This document shows positions 1 to 9,173 of a stretch of 64,000 bases of DNA, piece after piece. Under the pieces are notes generated by a model. That model saw only the letters and a program-made list of their open reading frames with translations, searched no databases and was not told the origin of the DNA. A program made the position numbers and the translations under genes. The first letter of the stretch is position 1; the number at the start of each line of letters is the position of its first letter. The DNA comes from a virus: positions 32,001 through 96,000 of the IMG/VR virus record IMGVR_UViG_3300036760_000150. The stretch is one strand, 5' to 3'.

Positions 1-39
1 CAACGACTCTGCTTGACCTCTGTGTTCTGGGTTTTCACT

Positions 40-68
40 TTTACCATGCAACCAATGTAATATACCAT
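40..68 (+). promoter_or_regulatory. sigma70-type promoter (leaderless transcript)
   Basis: TTTACC-17 nt-TACCAT; ATG at 74, no SD. Confidence 0.4.
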
Positions 69-73
69 CGATC

Positions 74-298
74 ATGTCACTTCGTTTCATCCCCATCCTC
101 CACCAGTCTGATAGACTCTCTTCGCGACCTTGCGCGGGCATCCAAGTACATCTTCTTGATCGACATGACAACAGAAATGGTCAACGTCACCGTCATGGTG
201 ACCAGGAAGATCATCATGCCTACCTCAAAAACACTCACAACCTAGACACCTTCATGATGACCATGCTGAGGATGATGTACGGTGCGAAGTTGATGTAG
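74..298 (+). CDS. hypothetical protein
   Basis: 74-aa ORF directly after a promoter-like element. Confidence 0.4.
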   Translation: MSLRFIPILHQSDRLSSRPCAGIQVHLLDRHDNRNGQRHRHGDQEDHHAYLKNTHNLDTFMMTMLRMMYGAKLM

Positions 299-329
299 AA
301 CGGACAGAACAGATAAGGGATCAACCGTC

Positions 330-755
330 TCACTTCACACCTCTCTTAAAAATACCCTTCTTGACTAGCTCACACCAGTAGCTGTGTCCCCAGTTGCGGT
401 TCTTATGACCGCCACAGTCACACCCACCAGTTTTTATGACACGACAGTCTGTGCTCCACTTTGCATCTACATGGTACACCAAGACCTGCGACTGAAGCAA
501 GGAGGATATGGCGTCTTTGTCCATGGGCTCTAACTTGTAGGTGGAGCGTGGTTTGTCCGGTACGAACTCCTCGTTGTTCTTCTTCATGATGATCATGTAC
601 TCATCCTCCAGCAACTCCTGCCTGTACCTGAAGACTTTCTCGGTTGTCAGCCACCAGTTCTGCAGGAACTCGTCCGCCTCAGTTTTTGTCACATCTTTTC
701 CCAGTTGCCATAGCGCCAACAGGCGACGTCTTTGTGGTTTGTCAGGCGGTACCAC
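330..755 (-). CDS. hypothetical protein (C-terminal CDCG..H..WC Zn-like motif); start uncertain
   Basis: last gene of the packed minus-strand string. Confidence 0.55.
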   Translation of the reverse strand: MVPPDKPQRRRLLALWQLGKDVTKTEADEFLQNWWLTTEKVFRYRQELLEDEYMIIMKKNNEEFVPDKPRSTYKLEPMDKDAISSLLQSQVLVYHVDAKWSTDCRVIKTGGCDCGGHKNRNWGHSYWCELVKKGIFKRGVK

Positions 756-958
756 GGTTCGTCGTCACGGATAAGCACTGTGTTCCTGTTGAACTGCCTG
801 GTGTTGTAGCCTATGAAGATGCTCCACACGTACTGCAAGTTGACCCATTCGCCGTGCACGGCAGTGCCAACTTTAGTCCTCTTAGTCACCTCTGTAATAA
901 GCAACGCAACATCCATGAACCTCTCATGTTTTATGATATCACCTTCATTCACTACCAT
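689..958 (-). CDS. hypothetical protein
   Basis: AGGAG SD before ATG 958. Confidence 0.6.
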   Translation of the reverse strand: MVVNEGDIIKHERFMDVALLITEVTKRTKVGTAVHGEWVNLQYVWSIFIGYNTRQFNRNTVLIRDDEPWYRLTNHKDVACWRYGNWEKM

Positions 959-1346
959 GGACGTACTCCTTGCAGTCGTTAAGCTTATCATCCACGTACT
1001 CATGGTTGTTCAGCTTGTAGTTGAGCCCTGAGGGATGGGGCATGAGGAAATGGTCTATGCCTGCCATAGCCAACGCGTTGGCAGCTGTCATCCCCAACGC
1101 TATCACCTTGTCTGGGCAGACGCTGTGGTACTTACGCTTGAGCCCCATGACAGATCTCCTTATCTGCTCGGAGTTCAACGGTGCGTTGCCCTCAGTGAAG
1201 TCGTCATGCACGTTGGCCATGAACACCTTCACGTCACCTAGATGTTCAACCCACTGCTTCAGCACAGTCAACGATCTGGTTCCCACGAAAGGGGTTGTGG
1301 TGACAGACTTAACAGATGGGTTAGAACCTACAACTAGAACCTTCAT
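945..1346 (-). CDS. uracil-DNA glycosylase-like protein
   Basis: VLVVGSNPS, VIALG..A and PHPSGLN motifs of the UDG superfamily. Confidence 0.8.
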   Translation of the reverse strand: MKVLVVGSNPSVKSVTTTPFVGTRSLTVLKQWVEHLGDVKVFMANVHDDFTEGNAPLNSEQIRRSVMGLKRKYHSVCPDKVIALGMTAANALAMAGIDHFLMPHPSGLNYKLNNHEYVDDKLNDCKEYVHGSE

Positions 1347-1348
1347 CT

Positions 1349-1552
1349 TTACGACGACATCCTAACGCGTACTGCTAGGTCGCTCATGTGGTCTACCCAG
1401 TCGTAGAACACGAACCCTTTAGACTCCCATGTCACAGGTTCGCCGTACACCTTGCAGTACGTCAGGTGGTCGTGGTAGAAGAACATGTTGCCTGTTGTAT
1501 CCCTGTCAACTGCGATGGTTGCACCGTTGTAGGTAGACATGTCGAACATCAC
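1349..1552 (-). CDS. hypothetical protein
   Basis: coupled ORF in gene string. Confidence 0.55.
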   Translation of the reverse strand: MMFDMSTYNGATIAVDRDTTGNMFFYHDHLTYCKVYGEPVTWESKGFVFYDWVDHMSDLAVRVRMSS

Positions 1553-1875
1553 TTCAGCTTACCTTCCATGTAGGCTTCGACACCGCTGTCGCAGAACGAG
1601 CCGAACAGCTCCTCTTTGTTCTCGATGACTGCAGGGCCGAACATGCCAGCCATGGTGAAGGCAGCACCGTTGACACAACCGTCACGGAACGCAGATCGCT
1701 TGAGACTGTTATACCCTATCTCGCCGCCAAACAACGCACCTAGAGCCAGTGTTGCAAGGGCAACCTTCTTTGTACCTTTGCTCATCTTAGCAGACGACAG
1801 ACGCTTGAGGGTTTTCCGAGCAGACTTCTTCGAGCTACTCAACAACTTGGACAACTTCTTCTTCAACTTACCCAT
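1549..1875 (-). CDS. membrane protein
   Basis: AGGAG SD; basic N-terminus followed by hydrophobic helix. Confidence 0.65.
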   Translation of the reverse strand: MGKLKKKLSKLLSSSKKSARKTLKRLSSAKMSKGTKKVALATLALGALFGGEIGYNSLKRSAFRDGCVNGAAFTMAGMFGPAVIENKEELFGSFCDSGVEAYMEGKLK

Positions 1876-1901
1876 CTGATTCTCCTTTCAAGAGATCTAG
1901 G

Positions 1902-2663
1902 TTACCTATGCCTGTCACGGCATAGGTTCAAAATAATGTTGTTGGTGACCTTCGCAGTCGCCTGTGATGCACCAGAGATTCGTCCTTCGTTGTCGTATGG
2001 CAGCGTCGACAACACGTTAGATCCTATCTCAAATAGGACATCTTTGCCCCAACTGCTGTAAGACGACCTCTTCCCATCCTCGTCCAACGACCCTACCTTG
2101 ATTATGTGTTCAAGATCGTAGGATGCTGGGTAGAAAGGTGTCTTATCTATGTTATGCTGCTCGTTACCTACTGACGCTACCACGAATGCTCCGTTGGCGG
2201 TCAGCGCCTTCATGGCGCTGTACTCGTCCTGTAAGTACTCATCTCCGCCTGCTGATATGTTGACTAAAGTGACCTTTAGTATCAAAGCTTTCTGTATACA
2301 TTCTGTCATATGATGTTGGTTCTCATCACCTGAGTTCAACGAGTCGAAGAACTTACACGGTATAAATTCAACTTCACTGCACGCATCTCTTAGGATGATG
2401 CCAGCGACATGTGTGCCGTGGTTGTGGTAGTCCATGTAGTCGATGTTCTTGTAGCGTGACGGTATGTACCTACTCAACTTCTTGTTGTTGTAGTCTACGC
2501 CTGTGTCGATCGCCATCACCTTTATAGGTCTGTCATTGACCTTCGAGGTGTTCGATGCATCTTCTGACGCGTACACAGACACGTACATGGCAACCGCTAT
2601 GCACACTGCGATGGCTGCCAAGACGATATTCAACAATGCTACTGCTTTCAGGAACCTCAACAT
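1902..2663 (-). CDS. subtilisin-like S8 serine protease, exported/membrane-anchored
   Basis: triad motifs AIDTG, HGTHVAGII, SGASQAT; oxyanion GN; N-terminal hydrophobic segment. Confidence 0.92.
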   Translation of the reverse strand: MLRFLKAVALLNIVLAAIAVCIAVAMYVSVYASEDASNTSKVNDRPIKVMAIDTGVDYNNKKLSRYIPSRYKNIDYMDYHNHGTHVAGIILRDACSEVEFIPCKFFDSLNSGDENQHHMTECIQKALILKVTLVNISAGGDEYLQDEYSAMKALTANGAFVVASVGNEQHNIDKTPFYPASYDLEHIIKVGSLDEDGKRSSYSSWGKDVLFEIGSNVLSTLPYDNEGRISGASQATAKVTNNIILNLCRDRHR

Positions 2664-2669
2664 ACCATC

Positions 2670-2698
2670 AGGTTATCACTGTTTAGGGTGTTAGTCAA
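2670..2698 (-). promoter_or_regulatory. sigma70-type promoter of subtilisin gene (leaderless)
   Basis: TTGACT-17 nt-TAACCT; ATG at 2663. Confidence 0.6.
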
Positions 2699-2727
2699 AT
2701 CTTGTGCGTGATATGTATACCGATCAG

Positions 2728-2949
2728 TCAAAAATGTGACCTATGCCCTGGTGGAAGACCACATATATCGCAGAACATGCGGTTTGTACTATCGTATTTC
2801 CAATTATGCGGGGGACAAACAGCATTCATCTTTCTCTTGGCATCCTCAGCCACCTGGTGAGCTATGTACTGCCACACGCCAACCGCCAGAAGCGTCATGG
2901 TGACGAAGATGATCAACGGTACTAGGTCTGGCGTGGCGACAGGACCCAT
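2728..2949 (-). CDS. small membrane protein with C-terminal Cys/His motif
   Basis: TM helix; CPPH...CDIC. Confidence 0.6.
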   Translation of the reverse strand: MGPVATPDLVPLIIFVTMTLLAVGVWQYIAHQVAEDAKRKMNAVCPPHNWKYDSTNRMFCDICGLPPGHRSHF

Positions 2950-3507
2950 CTACACCTTCACTGAGCCTTGGATGTCATTACTCTCGATCGCCGCCTTGTT
3001 ACGGTTCAAGATCACTTGTAGGGTGGAGCTGTGTCGCCTACGCCTTGATGATCGCCCGGTCGAACGTTTTCGTTCACCAGCCTTGATGCGTTTCTCACGC
3101 TGCAGGACGGCCAGGTTCTTAGCCTCAGCCAAAAGGGCTCGGTAGTTCACGTTGCTAGAAGCTGGTTGCAACACGTTGCCGTCCTTGTCCTTCTTCTCAG
3201 GAACTTGCACCGTGCAGACTGCTACTAGGGCGTCGTACTCGTCTTTGCCGACCTGAGCCTCTGCCTGAGCGAGCATCTCCTTGAACTTCGCAGAGCGCTT
3301 CCTGTTGTCGGTCATCAACTTCTTGACGAAGTTGCCCATGGCTTGCTGTTGACCAACCATCTGACGTCGAGATTTGCGGTTAGGCTTAGGAACAGGAAGT
3401 GGCGTATTTTGCTCTGATACGGTACTTGTGTCGACAGTCTCTTTCGGGGTAGTTGTCCCTGTCTCAGGAACTGATGGGGGTGTGGTATCTGTCGCGTCGT
3501 TCGTCAT
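2950..3507 (-). CDS. hypothetical basic protein
   Basis: AGGAG SD; Arg-rich C-terminus. Confidence 0.7.
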   Translation of the reverse strand: MTNDATDTTPPSVPETGTTTPKETVDTSTVSEQNTPLPVPKPNRKSRRQMVGQQQAMGNFVKKLMTDNRKRSAKFKEMLAQAEAQVGKDEYDALVAVCTVQVPEKKDKDGNVLQPASSNVNYRALLAEAKNLAVLQREKRIKAGERKRSTGRSSRRRRHSSTLQVILNRNKAAIESNDIQGSVKV

Positions 3508-3704
3508 GTCTTGTCTCCTATAGATTCTTCAAGTATAGATCTTTGAGATGTTCTCTCTCCACCATCTGTAATCACAGCCAACGTCTCATCTATATGATGT
3601 ATGACACCGTCAACTAAAGAGTACCCCATTTCTTCTAGATTATCTCGCACAAATGTCAATGTTTCTACTGCTATATCGAGTTGTTGAGAAGTAGTAAGGC
3701 TCAT
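3504..3704 (-). CDS. hypothetical protein
   Basis: ATGA overlaps with neighbours. Confidence 0.6.
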   Translation of the reverse strand: MSLTTSQQLDIAVETLTFVRDNLEEMGYSLVDGVIHHIDETLAVITDGGERTSQRSILEESIGDKT

Positions 3705-4399
3705 GGTTCATCCTTATCCTTGAAATACTCAGTGAAACCGCCTTCTAACAGGGCCTCACAGGCGCTGTCAAAGTATGCCATCCTTGCAACTGAACACTTA
3801 AACTGCCAGTCGTCGCCCGTGTACTTGTTCATCCATACGCCATCCTGGAAACTCTTGTGTACACCAAGTCGCTCATCGTCTTTGTAGAAGTACCGATTCT
3901 TCGACTCTTCCTGCATCATGGCTTCAAACGCTGCCTCCTCCTCAGGAGTTGGCTGTGGCGTTTCTACAGAAGGGGCTTGAGATTGTAGGAAGCTAACGAC
4001 GGCGGCCATCTCTGGGTTGCGGAACAGATGTTTGATGTAGGGTCTGACCTCACCGTAGTTGTGCCTGTTCAAGCGCAGGTGCTCCTCGTAACCCTCGTTG
4101 GTGAAGAACCAGTTGCGGTCGACCCACTCGTACTTCACTTCGTAATGTTCTAGGTCATGAACAGCCTCGCCGACCTTCTCGTCGTCGTAGCCGTTCTGTT
4201 TCAAAGCTTCTACGAACTCTTCTTCAGACTTGAAAGATCTATGCTCTAACCAGTTGTTAGCGTAGAACCTTAGTTCATCTCCGCCACCATCTGCGGTTGG
4301 AACTTCTACCTTCTCTTGTAGAGCGATCATGTACGGCTGTGCAGTGGCACAGTTATCTTGTGACAGCATGCGTTGTCTGATCTCAGACGGTGTGAACAT
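3701..4399 (-). CDS. phage protein, Ead/Ea22-like
   Basis: QDN.AT.QP...FFT...HL.LN.HN...RNPEM pattern recalled from Ead/Ea22-type proteins. Confidence 0.5.
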   Translation of the reverse strand: MFTPSEIRQRMLSQDNCATAQPYMIALQEKVEVPTADGGGDELRFYANNWLEHRSFKSEEEFVEALKQNGYDDEKVGEAVHDLEHYEVKYEWVDRNWFFTNEGYEEHLRLNRHNYGEVRPYIKHLFRNPEMAAVVSFLQSQAPSVETPQPTPEEEAAFEAMMQEESKNRYFYKDDERLGVHKSFQDGVWMNKYTGDDWQFKCSVARMAYFDSACEALLEGGFTEYFKDKDEP

Positions 4400-5732
4400 C
4401 TTGTCTCCTTTGTTGAAGCTCGTTCAGCTCTACGCAGAATTTTCTAATAACTGCGTCAGCATCGTGACGGTTCTCTAGAACTACTCCTTGAACCTCTGCA
4501 GCTGTGAACTTACCTCGCAGCTTGATGTCCGGCCATCTAGTTCTGTCAGGGTACAACTTCCTCATCATCGACAAGAAGGTGGCCTCATCAAGGTAACCTA
4601 GTTCTACAACTATGTCAACTCGACCTTTACGTAGTAGTGCTGGGTCCAACACTGAGAGGTCGTTGGTGGTCATCACAAGCACCCTGCCGTCGCCGCTGTT
4701 GACCCCATCTATGGCATTCAGCAGGCCGCTGAGACTTAGGAATATGAACGTGGAGTTGGTCGGTGTGACGGGTGTGGTCGGAGTTGCAGGAGACTGATTG
4801 ATCTCAAGCCTAGCCTCCTCAGCCTTCACCACAGTCAGCCTAGGCTCGCCTAACCCACATGCGTCTATATCCTCGATGAGCACCAGAGCATCTTCACCGG
4901 CACTGCTCATAGCCTCTTCTAGTGTCTTGTCTGTCATGCTGCTGACGTTCATGGTGTAGAGGTGTCGTCCAAGGTAGTCGCACAACGCCCTCACCATCGA
5001 CGTCTTGCCTGTGCCTGGAGGCCCATGGAGCAGTATGCAAAAATGGTAGGGTATACCGTTGATTTTGTAGAACTCCTTGTCAGCCTTGAACGTGTGTATG
5101 CCGTCTAGTATCTGTGACTTAACCTTCTCAGGCAGGAACACGCTGTCCATCCGTCTTATAGGCTGGGAGTACGAGTAAGACCAGGATTTGTCGCACCAAC
5201 GGTATACCTTGGTGTCAGTCTTGGTCTCCTGCCTTGCCACCAGCTCCTGCACCATGGACCTTATCGAAGACTGGCTCCTGCCCATGGTAGATATCGTTAT
5301 CTTCTCTTTGACGTCACTCCCGATAGACTGAGGCATCTCCTCCCTGTTCATGAGAAACGGCTTACCTCTCCTCCAGAAGTAATGGTTGCCGTATCCTGCG
5401 CTTATAGTGACCTCGCCGTGACCCCAGCTGCCGTTCTGAGCCTTGAGCGTCCTGCTCTTCTTTCCCCAACCCTTATCGTCGTACCACTTGATAAGGTGGA
5501 CGAACAGTTCATCTCTGTTGTGCACCGTTAAGGTTACCGTGAACTGCTTCACGAAGAAGTCTTTGATTGCCTTGGGCAGAGAGCGTAGGACGAACGTGAC
5601 GACACCGAGCGCCCACATGCCTACAACCCCACCTACGACAGGGTTGCTCTTGGTGAACTCGGTGAACTGTCTGGCAAGGTCGTTGCCAGTTGAGATGACG
5701 TCAGTTATGCTGCTGATCCCTATGAACATCAA
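4383..5732 (-). CDS. BCS1-like membrane AAA+ ATPase
   Basis: N-terminal TM; GPPGTGKT, IEDID, LSLSGLLNAIDG, MTTN, DPALLRKGRVD. Confidence 0.88.
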   Translation of the reverse strand: MMFIGISSITDVISTGNDLARQFTEFTKSNPVVGGVVGMWALGVVTFVLRSLPKAIKDFFVKQFTVTLTVHNRDELFVHLIKWYDDKGWGKKSRTLKAQNGSWGHGEVTISAGYGNHYFWRRGKPFLMNREEMPQSIGSDVKEKITISTMGRSQSSIRSMVQELVARQETKTDTKVYRWCDKSWSYSYSQPIRRMDSVFLPEKVKSQILDGIHTFKADKEFYKINGIPYHFCILLHGPPGTGKTSMVRALCDYLGRHLYTMNVSSMTDKTLEEAMSSAGEDALVLIEDIDACGLGEPRLTVVKAEEARLEINQSPATPTTPVTPTNSTFIFLSLSGLLNAIDGVNSGDGRVLVMTTNDLSVLDPALLRKGRVDIVVELGYLDEATFLSMMRKLYPDRTRWPDIKLRGKFTAAEVQGVVLENRHDADAVIRKFCVELNELQQRRQDVHTV

Positions 5733-6079
5733 GTACCTTTTGTTTTTTTACGACTTCTCTCTCGCTCGATCTGCCGACCTACAGCGATTCCATCTTTTAT
5801 CAACTCTATGGCTCCGAGGACGATGGGCTTCTTGTCGGCCTCGAAGAACGTGTCTATGATATCATGCACCATCTTAGAGTCCATGTCTATTGGCAAGTTG
5901 TCGATTCGGACTAGTCTGTAAGGTTCATGTCCACCAGGCCACTCCTTAAGCTCGACGATGCCTGGGCAGTCTTGTTTGACTACGGTGCCGATGAAGCCAG
6001 TTAACATGCCTGAGCCGCCACGACCGTTGACCCTTATGACTTTCTGGCCTTTCCTGAACTCGTACTTCTTCTTGCTCAT
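5729..6079 (-). CDS. hypothetical protein
   Basis: coupled ORF. Confidence 0.6.
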   Translation of the reverse strand: MSKKKYEFRKGQKVIRVNGRGGSGMLTGFIGTVVKQDCPGIVELKEWPGGHEPYRLVRIDNLPIDMDSKMVHDIIDTFFEADKKPIVLGAIELIKDGIAVGRQIERERSRKKTKGT

Positions 6080-6363
6080 TTAACCACAGCTCCTAGTGCT
6101 ACTAGGAAGGCTCGTGCTCGTTTTCCAGCAACATTATTGTCTGGATCATGAACATCATTTGGATTTTGGCTATCCTTAGGGATGTATTCTACGTCAGAAA
6201 CTGTGATTAACGATCTATCGTGCTCAGCATCTAGCCAACTATCTTTGTCACCATAAAACTCAGCCATATTCTTAGCCTCCAGGAGAAGTTTTCGGAGGGC
6301 TTCGTCTTTGTAAATTATAGTCTGAGCATAGCCGGATGCTCCTCCTAATCCATCTTTTCCCAT
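6076..6363 (-). CDS. hypothetical protein
   Basis: coupled ORF in compositionally distinct cassette. Confidence 0.55.
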   Translation of the reverse strand: MGKDGLGGASGYAQTIIYKDEALRKLLLEAKNMAEFYGDKDSWLDAEHDRSLITVSDVEYIPKDSQNPNDVHDPDNNVAGKRARAFLVALGAVVK

Positions 6364-6545
6364 AATCTCATTTCTGCTTTATACATTTTCTTAATGCGCT
6401 TGATCTCGGCAAGGGCTTTGCGGGCTTCCAGGAGAAGGGCTTTCAGTTCCAGTGCGTAACAGTCTTTACTGCACCATTGCATTGCAGAAGGTCCCCTGTC
6501 GGGCATTGGTTTTTTACAAACAGAACACAGCACTCTGTCAGTCAT
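6345..6545 (-). CDS. small Zn-finger protein
   Basis: CSVC...WCSKDC. Confidence 0.6.
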   Translation of the reverse strand: MTDRVLCSVCKKPMPDRGPSAMQWCSKDCYALELKALLLEARKALAEIKRIKKMYKAEMRLWEKMD

Positions 6546-6826
6546 GGGACAGTCCCGTAAAAGGCGTTTTCAAAAGCGAGCGCTGCCTTATATGGAGTTT
6601 CTCCAAAACCACAGCATCCCTCCTGGATATTATCGCCAAATAAACAACACCAAGAGTCACCCTCTTTATAAAGTTTTGCGCCAACGCAGAAAGCCGCGAG
6701 AGACCTAAGAGACTCTCTATTTTGTAAACAGCTCATTGCGTTCCAAAAAGAATTAAAAGCGCCTTGGTTCGCATTGACAAAGGCGGTATCAAAATCAGGT
6801 TCAGTCATTGGCAGTCCACGTAACAT
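6542..6826 (-). CDS. hypothetical protein
   Basis: coupled ORF. Confidence 0.6.
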   Translation of the reverse strand: MLRGLPMTEPDFDTAFVNANQGAFNSFWNAMSCLQNRESLRSLAAFCVGAKLYKEGDSWCCLFGDNIQEGCCGFGETPYKAALAFENAFYGTVP

Positions 6827-7001
6827 GGCATTCTAAGTCTTTAGGCTCAGGCCCCAAATCATTTTTCAATTCAATCAACTTTTCATCCCCGCGAATTCTA
6901 ATGTTGTCTGGATTAGCGAAGCAACCCCATGAGATATTCCATTTCGGATTGTCTTTGCTCTTAAAAGAGAACATTGCTTTTCGTTCCATAGAGAAAATCA
7001 T
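6801..7001 (-). CDS. hypothetical protein
   Basis: AGGAGG SD. Confidence 0.55.
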   Translation of the reverse strand: MIFSMERKAMFSFKSKDNPKWNISWGCFANPDNIRIRGDEKLIELKNDLGPEPKDLECHVTWTAND

Positions 7002-7147
7002 TTCTCCTCCTTCTTATTCAGAGCGGCGCGGGCCTTGGCGAGGATCTTATCAAAATGTTGATTAAGTACATTCGCAAGCCAGCACCTGCGTCTGATCTTC
7101 TTTCCTTTGTCCAGATGTTTGTTGAGAGTTTTGGCAGTCAGTTTCAT
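6998..7147 (-). CDS. 49-aa basic protein (not in ORF track)
   Basis: MKLTAKTLNKH...KKEEK; coupled to clpP stop and next start; GAGGTG SD. Confidence 0.5.
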   Translation of the reverse strand: MKLTAKTLNKHLDKGKKIRRRCWLANVLNQHFDKILAKARAALNKKEEK

Positions 7148-7749
7148 CACCTCACCTCATCTACTAGACCATACTTCAGAGCTTGGTCTGAGTCAAGGAA
7201 TATATCGTGACTGAACATCTTCTTGAACTTCTCGTAGGAGAGTTTCATCTTCTTCTCTGCCGGTATCCTATCCCAGTAGATTCGATACATCTTGTCGAGG
7301 ATCTTCTCCTCGTGTTTGCCTCGGTTCACGAAGCTGATGGAGTCGGCAGTACCAGACGATGTGCCTGGGTGGATAAGCATCTCGCATTCGGTGGTGGCGA
7401 TCCTTGTCTTGCAAGCTTGCAGGATGACGGAGCCCATGCTGGAGCAATCTCCGTAGATGATACCTACGACGTTGTTTCGACTAAGTCGGATAGCGCTGAA
7501 GACGGCCATGCCGTCGACCCACACACCACCTGGTGTGCTTATGTGCAGGTACACGAGACCATCGGTCTTGTTGAGGAAGTCTAGACTTTGGATGGTCATC
7601 TTGGCGCTCTTGGAGTCGATATCATCGAACAGGTATATTACACGCCTTTCCAGGTCCACGTTGGTGTCCTGGATGGTCTCCACCAAGTCTGCCTGAGATT
7701 TGACTGTCTTACTTCTTACGCTTCTGTGCGACACCTTTGTCGACGACAT
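7147..7749 (-). CDS. clpP: ClpP-family protease
   Basis: ISTPGG, CSSMGS (Ser), MLIHP (His), DIFL.SDQA.KYGLVD (Asp). Confidence 0.9.
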   Translation of the reverse strand: MSSTKVSHRSVRSKTVKSQADLVETIQDTNVDLERRVIYLFDDIDSKSAKMTIQSLDFLNKTDGLVYLHISTPGGVWVDGMAVFSAIRLSRNNVVGIIYGDCSSMGSVILQACKTRIATTECEMLIHPGTSSGTADSISFVNRGKHEEKILDKMYRIYWDRIPAEKKMKLSYEKFKKMFSHDIFLDSDQALKYGLVDEVR

Positions 7750-7945
7750 ACACCTGTCCTCCCTGAACGCAGACCTGAGTCACAAGGCGATCCTTGAAGC
7801 TAACGATGTACGTGGAGTGCTCTACCACACCAGGGTTCACCCTGGCGAACTCCTGCGTGACCATGATGATCCTAGACATACTTGCACCGTTGTGCTTGTA
7901 CATGAGCTGTGGCGAGAACTTATGATCAGTGGACTGTGAGTTCAT
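7709..7945 (-). CDS. hypothetical protein
   Basis: AGGAGG SD. Confidence 0.55.
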   Translation of the reverse strand: MNSQSTDHKFSPQLMYKHNGASMSRIIMVTQEFARVNPGVVEHSTYIVSFKDRLVTQVCVQGGQVYVVDKGVAQKRKK

Positions 7946-8165
7946 CTGGCACCTCCTTAAGGTTACCTGTGGTTCCTTCCCAGTACTGGTCCATGTTCTC
8001 TACCATACTACCACGAACTGCGAAACTAGCAAGAGATAAGTACATAGCGTAGTTCGTCATTGATCTCACTAGCTTAGTTATGTCATCCCCGAACACTACC
8101 TGTTCATGGCTGTTGCCCAACGGGTCTTGGAAGACTATGGTGGCAGCGAACAGGTCGGTCGTCAT
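7926..8165 (-). CDS. hypothetical protein
   Basis: coupled ORF. Confidence 0.55.
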   Translation of the reverse strand: MTTDLFAATIVFQDPLGNSHEQVVFGDDITKLVRSMTNYAMYLSLASFAVRGSMVENMDQYWEGTTGNLKEVPDELTVH

Positions 8166-9142
8166 CCGTTTATGCCCATGGAACGACGTTTCTGGTACTC
8201 GTCTTTGACCAACTTCTTGTGGGCGCCGATCTCGTCGATCACGGCCATGATAGTCTGGTTGGTCAGTAGGCTGCGAAGGACTATCTCCTTGAGATGGGCT
8301 ATGCTGAAGTCTGACGTCTTGGACTTTATGTAGTCGGTCTCGTCGACGGTTAGAGGGCGCCTAGCTATGAACTCCACCAAGTTGACACGCTCTTGGTCGT
8401 TGGGATGACCCATCTCGACCATCTTGTCGAACCTACCAGGACGATCTGCAAGGGCCTCAAGTAGGTTGTGTGGTGCGTTGGTGGTGGCGATCATGAATGT
8501 AGGGTACTTGAAGGTGATGTCTACGCCGTCCAGCAAGTTTAGCAGGCCAGATGTGACCTCTTTGTGGTGTGAGTACGACGACTCTCCACCACCTATGTCC
8601 TCCATGACCAATATCATGCGCGTGATGGCAGTGTCGTAGTTAGCCTTGAAGTTCAACAGGTTGTACACAGACTCAGGTTTGACCTGCGATGTGTTCCAGA
8701 TGATAACTGTGGTGCCAGGGTCTTCTTTACAGAGTTGTGCACTCACTTTACTAAGCGAAGAAGTTTTGCCCGTGCCAGGAGGACCCCAAAGTAACACAGC
8801 CCGTTTCTTCTGAACGCCGAGGTCGTCGTAAATCTTGAGGTTGCCGAAGAACTGCTCGGCCTCACGGATGATGTTAGATGTGTTGGTTATGCTCTCCAAC
8901 AAGTTCTCGGCGCGGAGATCGATTGGTCTTAACTCCAATTCACCGCCCATGCTGACCAATGAGTTGACGCCAGGTTTTACATCAAGTTTGTCGTTGTCCA
9001 CCTTCTCTGTGTACTTGAATTGAACTATGCCCTCAGGGAAGGTGAGGAGAAGATCAGACTCACTTATAAACTTCTTTGTACCATTGAGCAACTCTTGTGT
9101 CGTGGCTGTGTTTATTACGTCGAACCTGTTGTCTTCTTCCAT
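8162..9142 (-). CDS. single-domain AAA+ ATPase
   Basis: GPPGTGKT, MEDI, LLNLLDG, ATTN, RPGRFD. Confidence 0.9.
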   Translation of the reverse strand: MEEDNRFDVINTATTQELLNGTKKFISESDLLLTFPEGIVQFKYTEKVDNDKLDVKPGVNSLVSMGGELELRPIDLRAENLLESITNTSNIIREAEQFFGNLKIYDDLGVQKKRAVLLWGPPGTGKTSSLSKVSAQLCKEDPGTTVIIWNTSQVKPESVYNLLNFKANYDTAITRMILVMEDIGGGESSYSHHKEVTSGLLNLLDGVDITFKYPTFMIATTNAPHNLLEALADRPGRFDKMVEMGHPNDQERVNLVEFIARRPLTVDETDYIKSKTSDFSIAHLKEIVLRSLLTNQTIMAVIDEIGAHKKLVKDEYQKRRSMGING

Positions 9143-9173
9143 GACTACTCTCTTTCTTTTGCAGACGTTTTAC

